DNA of 54,861 nucleotides from an uncultured Enterobacterales bacterium (GTDB lineage Bacteria; Myxococcota_A; UBA796; CAJQPC01): NCBI GenBank assembly GCA_964344945.1, contig CAYFPX010000004.1, positions 1 to 54,861 of the forward strand, read 5' to 3'. Shown piece by piece: positions 50,366 to 54,861 of this stretch (position 1 is its first letter; each line of letters starts with the position of its first letter). The notes under the pieces were generated by a model. It saw only the letters and a program-made list of their open reading frames with translations, ran no database searches and was not told where the DNA came from. The position numbers and the translations under genes were made by a program.

Positions 50366-51615
50366 CGATGCAGGTCCATGCAGGCGGCCCGGATCGCCTC
50401 GGCCATGTGCTTGAGCTCGCCCTCGCGCAGGTTCGGGTGCACGGGGATGTGCAGCAGGTCGTGGAAGGCGTGGGACGCGTTCGGGCAGTCCACGGCGTCC
50501 TCCGGGAACAGGGGGCTGTCCGCGCAGTTGGCCATGTAGCCGATCGTGGTGTCGACCCCGCGCTTGCGCAGGCCCTTCATCAGCCCCTCCCGGTCGGCGT
50601 GGTGCACCACGAAGGACATGTAGATCGGCTCCGCCCCCTGGGGATAGGTCGGGCAGGTGAGCCCCGGGATGTTCTGCAGGTGCTCGTCGAGGAAGCGGCC
50701 GTTGCGGGCCCGGGCGCCGTTCAGGTCGTCGATGCGCTCCAGCTGGTCGCGCCCCACGGCGGCCTGGACCGCTCGCGGCCGGCTCCTCTGGTAGCCGGCG
50801 GGGACCTCGTCGTAGGTCCGCTCGGCCTCGCCGAAGGTGTCGTGGATCGGGTCCTTGCCCAGGGCGTTGCCCGCCACGATCACCGGGTGCAGCGACCACC
50901 AGTAGATCCAGGGGTGGGTGGCGAACATCATCGCCGTGCCGGTCACGGCCTCCTTGAAGGCCTTGCCGAGCTCCCGCGGGGTCGCGGCGTCGATGCGGGA
51001 CCGCACGTGGGCGGCCAGCGCGTCGTCGTCGGTGGTGATCATCGCGCCCGACAGGGTCGTGATGTTCTTGGTCAGGCCGAAGGTGTAGTAGGCGGCGTCG
51101 CCCAGGTGCCCGACCCGGGTGCCCTTGTACCGAGCACCCGTGGACTGGGCGGAGTCCTCGATCACCTTGATGCCGTGCTCCTTCGCAATCCCGTTGATCG
51201 CGTCCATGTCGCAGGGCGTACCGAACAGGTGGGTCGGGATCACCGCCTTGGTCCGGGGCGTGATCGCCGCCCGGAAGGCCTCGGGGTCCAGCACGTGGGT
51301 CGTGGCCCCGATGTCCGCGAACACGGGCTTCGCCCCCGTGCACTTCGTGAGCGCTGGGATGGCGAAGTAGGTCAGCGCCGGGATGATGACCTCGTCGCCC
51401 TCGCCGATGCCCCACCCCTCGAGCAACAGGTACAGGCCGTAGCGGGCCGAGGGGACCATCACCGCGTGCTTCGCCCCCTGGAAGGCGGCGAATTCCTGTT
51501 CGAATTTCTCGACCACCGGGGCGTCGTCGCCGCTGCGGGAGAGGTAGCGGACGCAGGTCCAGACCTCCTTGGGGGAGAAGCTCGGGCTGAAGCGCGGGAT
51601 GATGCCGAATGCCAT
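50362..51615 (-). CDS. DegT/DnrJ/EryC1/StrS family aminotransferase
   Basis: ...FEQEFAAFQGAKHAVMVPSARYGLYLLL...GDEVIIPALTY...FGLTKNITTLSGAMITT (PLP-Lys region). Confidence 0.85.
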   Translation of the reverse strand: MAFGIIPRFSPSFSPKEVWTCVRYLSRSGDDAPVVEKFEQEFAAFQGAKHAVMVPSARYGLYLLLEGWGIGEGDEVIIPALTYFAIPALTKCTGAKPVFADIGATTHVLDPEAFRAAITPRTKAVIPTHLFGTPCDMDAINGIAKEHGIKVIEDSAQSTGARYKGTRVGHLGDAAYYTFGLTKNITTLSGAMITTDDDALAAHVRSRIDAATPRELGKAFKEAVTGTAMMFATHPWIYWWSLHPVIVAGNALGKDPIHDTFGEAERTYDEVPAGYQRSRPRAVQAAVGRDQLERIDDLNGARARNGRFLDEHLQNIPGLTCPTYPQGAEPIYMSFVVHHADREGLMKGLRKRGVDTTIGYMANCADSPLFPEDAVDCPNASHAFHDLLHIPVHPNLREGELKHMAEAIRAACMDLHR

Positions 51616-51673
51616 GGCGGGAGCCTATCGTGGCCGGCCGTGCGTTAAAGGGCGGTGCTCCGGAGCACAGCCC

Positions 51674-52228
51674 ATGGCCATCCTCGAGATCCTCACGGTG
51701 CCGCACCCCCTGCTCACGCAGAAGGCCCGCCCCGTGCGCGACGACGAGTTCGGCCCGGCGCTGCAGAAGCACATGAGCGACATGCTCGAGACCATGTACG
51801 CCGCCCCTGGCGTGGGTCTCGCCGGGCCCCAGGTCGGTGATCTCCGTCGGCTCCTGGTCGTCGACCTCCCGGAAGAAGACGACGACGGCTCCTCCGAGAA
51901 GGGCATCGAGAACCTCTGCATCTGCAACCCGGAGATCATCGGCACCTCCAAGGAGAAGATCCGCTGGGAGGAGGGCTGCCTCTCGGTCCCCGAGTTCTGG
52001 GAGTACTTCGACCGCCCCCGGGAGGTCACGGTCCGCTTCCGCACGCCGCTGGGCGAGGCCATCGAGCGCACCTTCGTCGACTACCACGCGGTCATCGTCC
52101 AGCACGAGCTGGACCACCTCGAGGGCGTGGTGATCCTGGACAGGGTCAGCCGGCTGAAGCGCGGGCGCTACCTGCGCAAGGCGAAGAAGGACAAGAAACG
52201 GGCCGAGTCCGAGGCCGCCCTGGCCTGA
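51674..52228 (+). CDS. def: Peptide deformylase
   Basis: ATG 51674. GVGLAGPQVG, EGCLSVP and QHELDHLEG motifs. Confidence 0.9.
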   Translation: MAILEILTVPHPLLTQKARPVRDDEFGPALQKHMSDMLETMYAAPGVGLAGPQVGDLRRLLVVDLPEEDDDGSSEKGIENLCICNPEIIGTSKEKIRWEEGCLSVPEFWEYFDRPREVTVRFRTPLGEAIERTFVDYHAVIVQHELDHLEGVVILDRVSRLKRGRYLRKAKKDKKRAESEAALA

Positions 52229-53172
52229 TGCGCATCGCCTTCTTCGGCACGCCCGCCTACGCCGTGCCCACCCTGGACGCCCTGCTCGATGCCGGCCACA
52301 CCGTCGTCACGGTGGTCTCCCAGCCCGACGCCCCCAGCGGCCGCGGCAAGAAGCTCAAGCCGCCGCCGGTCGTGGTCCACGCCCGAGAGCTCGGCCTGGA
52401 GACCCGCCAGCCCCGCGGCATCCGCCGCGGCCTGTTCGCCCAGCGCTTCCCCCAGCTGGACCTCGACCTCGGCGTGGTCGTTGCCTACGGCCGCATCCTG
52501 CCGCGGCCGATCCTGGACACCCCGACCCGTGGCTGCATCAACGCCCACGGCTCGCTGCTGCCACGCTGGCGCGGCGCTGCCCCCATCGAGCGGGCCATCC
52601 TGACCGGTGACTCCCTCACGGGCGTGTGCACCATGCAGATGGACGAGGGCCTCGACACCGGCGATGTCCTGCTCCGCCGCGAGCTCGCCATCGACCCGGA
52701 CGAGACCGGCGTCGAGCTCCGGGCCCGCATGGCCGCGCTCAGCGCCCAGCTCGTGGTCGAGACCCTCGCGCAGCTCGACACCATCACCCCCGAGCCCCAG
52801 CCCGAGACCGGCATCACCCACGCCGACCTGCTCACCCGGGCCGAGTCGATCCTGGACTGGTCCCAGCCCACCCGGGCCCTGCACGACCGCATCCGGGCCT
52901 TCGCTCCCAAGCCCGCGGGGCGCTGCACCTTTCGCGGCGAGCCGTTCACGATCCGCCGCTCCCGGGTGCTCGATACCACCGCCCTCGCCGGGCTCCCGTC
53001 CCGCCCCGACGGCCCGCCCGGCACGGTCTGGCTGGCCAGGAAGCGACTGGTCGTGGCCACGGTCGATGGCGCCCTGGAGGTGCTGGAGGGCCAGCTGCCG
53101 GGTAGGAAGCCCCTGCAAGGCGGCGTGCTGGCCAACGGCGCTCGCATCGAACCCGGAGAGGTGCTGTCGTGA
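52228..53172 (+). CDS. fmt: Methionyl-tRNA formyltransferase
   Basis: [16 protein letters not shown]...[15 protein letters not shown]...[21 protein letters not shown]. The start overlaps the def stop (TGATG). Confidence 0.9.
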   Translation: MRIAFFGTPAYAVPTLDALLDAGHTVVTVVSQPDAPSGRGKKLKPPPVVVHARELGLETRQPRGIRRGLFAQRFPQLDLDLGVVVAYGRILPRPILDTPTRGCINAHGSLLPRWRGAAPIERAILTGDSLTGVCTMQMDEGLDTGDVLLRRELAIDPDETGVELRARMAALSAQLVVETLAQLDTITPEPQPETGITHADLLTRAESILDWSQPTRALHDRIRAFAPKPAGRCTFRGEPFTIRRSRVLDTTALAGLPSRPDGPPGTVWLARKRLVVATVDGALEVLEGQLPGRKPLQGGVLANGARIEPGEVLS

Positions 53173-53837
53173 GCTCCCCGATCATCTCGCCCTCCATCCT
53201 GAGCGCCGACTTCGCCAAGCTCGGCGAGGAGATCGCCTCGGTCTCCTCCGCGGACTGGATCCACGTCGACGTGATGGACGGGCGCTTCGTGCCGAACCTC
53301 ACCATCGGCCCCCTGATCGTGGAGGCTCTGCGCCCGATCACGGACATGGTGCTCGACGTCCACCTGATGATCGTCGAGCCCGAGAGGTTCGTCGCCGACT
53401 TCCGCGAGGCCGGCGCGGACTGGATCACCGTGCACGCCGAGGCCTGCTCCCACCTCCACCGGAACCTCCAGCAGATCCGTGGCCTCGGGGCCAAGGCCGG
53501 GGTCGCCCTGAACCCGAGCACCCCAGAGACTGTCCTGGACTACGTGCTCGAAGACTGCGACCAGGTCCTGGTGATGTCCGTGAACCCCGGCTTCGGCGGT
53601 CAGTCCCTGATCGAGGGGGTCTTCCCCAAGATCGAGCGCCTGCGGAAGCGCATCGACGCCCTGGGGCTCGACACGGTGATCCAGGTGGACGGCGGCGTGA
53701 AGCCCCACAACGCCTGGCGCTTCGTCGACGCGGGGGCCCACGCCCTCGTCTCGGGATCCGGGGTGTTCAAGGCCCAGGATCGCGCAGCGGCGATCGCCGG
53801 GCTGCGGGCCTGCGCACGTCCTGAGAGCGCCGCCTGA
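53169..53837 (+). CDS. rpe: Ribulose-phosphate 3-epimerase
   Basis: GTG overlaps the fmt stop (GTGA). [16 protein letters not shown]...[15 protein letters not shown]...[11 protein letters not shown]. Confidence 0.9.
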   Translation: MSSPIISPSILSADFAKLGEEIASVSSADWIHVDVMDGRFVPNLTIGPLIVEALRPITDMVLDVHLMIVEPERFVADFREAGADWITVHAEACSHLHRNLQQIRGLGAKAGVALNPSTPETVLDYVLEDCDQVLVMSVNPGFGGQSLIEGVFPKIERLRKRIDALGLDTVIQVDGGVKPHNAWRFVDAGAHALVSGSGVFKAQDRAAAIAGLRACARPESAA

Positions 53838-53885
53838 GCGCACCTCCTCCCAGTCCCGGATTCTGGAGGTAGACTTCCGGCTCTC

Positions 53886-54861
53886 ATGGACTCCTCAGGG
53901 ACCAGCAGCCCGACCTCCTGGCGCACCTTCCGCTTCCTGCGGCGGATCGGCAAGGGCGGCTTCGGCGAGGTCTACCTGGCGGAGATGAGCACCGGCGGCG
54001 GCTTCGCGAAGCCCGTCGCCATCAAGGTCCTGCGCGAGGACTACCTCGAAGACGAGGAGGTCCTGATGCGGCTGCGCGACGAGGCGCGGCTGCTGGGCCA
54101 GCTCAGCCACCCGAACATCGTCATGGCCGACGACCTGGTCACCCTGGCCGGTCGCCTGAGCGTGGTGATGGAGTACGTGCCCGGTGCCAACCTGAACTGG
54201 GTCATCAACCCCAAGGTGCACCCGGAGGCCATCCCGCCCACGGTCTGCTGCCAGGTGATCAGCCGGGTCGCCGAGGCCCTGGAGGCCGCCTGGTCCCGGC
54301 CTTCGACCCTCACCGGCGAGCCCCTCCGGGTGCTGCACCGGGACATCAAGCCCAGCAACATCCGCCTGACCCCGGACGGCGTGATCAAGGTCCTGGACTT
54401 AGGCGTCGCCCGGGCCGAATTCAACGAGCGCGAGGCCGACACCCAGGACCTGCGCATGGGCTCGGTGCCCTACATGGCGCCCGAGGTCCTCCTCGACCTG
54501 CCGCACACCCCGGCGAGCGACATCTACGCCCTGGGCGTGACCTTCTACGAGCTGTCGGCCCGGCGGCGCTTCGGCAAGTGCAAGCTCCAGCAGCCGGCCC
54601 ACGAGGCCCTGATCGACCAGCGCTTCGTCCAGGCCAACCTGAGCGAGTTCCTGCTGGCCGCCGAGGAGCTCGAGGACCTGCTCCGGTCCATGCTGTGCTT
54701 CGAGGGCCACATGCGCCCGAGCATCCAGGAGGTCATCCAGCGGTGCCGGGACCTGGAGCGCCGGGCGGTCGGCCCGCGGGTCAACGAGTGGGCGCCGGGG
54801 GTCATCCCCGTGGTGGTCCGCAGCGTGAACATCGAGGAGACCGAAGGCGAGCTCATCGGCC
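53886..54861 (+). CDS. Ser/Thr protein kinase, N-terminal part (runs off the right edge)
   Basis: Absent from the ORF track (no stop in-window). ATG 53886: MDSSGTSSPTSWRTFRFLRRIGKGGFGEVYLAE...VAIKVL...HRDIKPSNIRL...DLGVAR...PYMAPE. Confidence 0.8.
   Translation, partial: MDSSGTSSPTSWRTFRFLRRIGKGGFGEVYLAEMSTGGGFAKPVAIKVLREDYLEDEEVLMRLRDEARLLGQLSHPNIVMADDLVTLAGRLSVVMEYVPGANLNWVINPKVHPEAIPPTVCCQVISRVAEALEAAWSRPSTLTGEPLRVLHRDIKPSNIRLTPDGVIKVLDLGVARAEFNEREADTQDLRMGSVPYMAPEVLLDLPHTPASDIYALGVTFYELSARRRFGKCKLQQPAHEALIDQRFVQANLSEFLLAAEELEDLLRSMLCFEGHMRPSIQEVIQRCRDLERRAVGPRVNEWAPGVIPVVVRSVNIEETEGELIG

Overview
Very GC-rich bacterial chromosomal segment; third codon positions are almost always G/C. The gene content suggests a Myxococcota-like organism, but this is inference only. 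That content includes many lipoproteins with very short 'LLLAC'-type leaders, Hanks kinases including a kinase-FGE fusion, MopE-like Cys/Asp motif proteins, CotH and several sulfatases. I support about 45 protein genes, three families of REP/REPIN-like repeats and one RAYT-like transposase gene plus a decayed copy. I see no rRNA, tRNA or CRISPR array. All family names come from motifs read by eye; no searches were run.

Layout:
- 1-15 kb: ABC-2 permease fragment, lipoprotein, cytoplasmic S8 peptidase, DUF2288 + kinase-FGE, sulfatases, cytochrome c, TfoX, acyl-CoA dehydrogenase, TetR/P450 pair.
- 16-21 kb: tightly coupled minus-strand operon of RND/MMPL exporter, haem-oxygenase-like iron enzyme, BtaA-like DUF3419 and GNAT-like protein.
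- 21-31 kb: about 6 kb gene with two DUF4157 zincin modules (one frameshift), two downstream genes and a divergent degenerate P-loop protein.
- 31-38 kb: sulfatase, hpt, CotH, glgA/glgC.
- 38-43 kb: co-directional lipoprotein cluster. It includes an LVIVD-propeller/redoxin fusion whose CxxC motif reads U(TGA)-Q-I-C with a SECIS-like hairpin.
- 44-47 kb: radical SAM/SPASM-like gene between inverted RAYT-like copies, bounded by a perfect 15-bp inverted repeat.
- 47-55 kb: beta-helix lipoprotein, ogt, DegT, def-fmt-rpe, partial kinase.

Most interesting:
- candidate selenoprotein (39449-41212)
- orphan double-DUF4157 giant-protein locus (21319-31161)
- RND/HDO/BtaA-like/GNAT operon (16270-21008)
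- RAYT-bracketed radical SAM module (44492-47229)

Two apparent 1-nt frameshifts (near 27630 and 42125) may be assembly indels or real gene decay.
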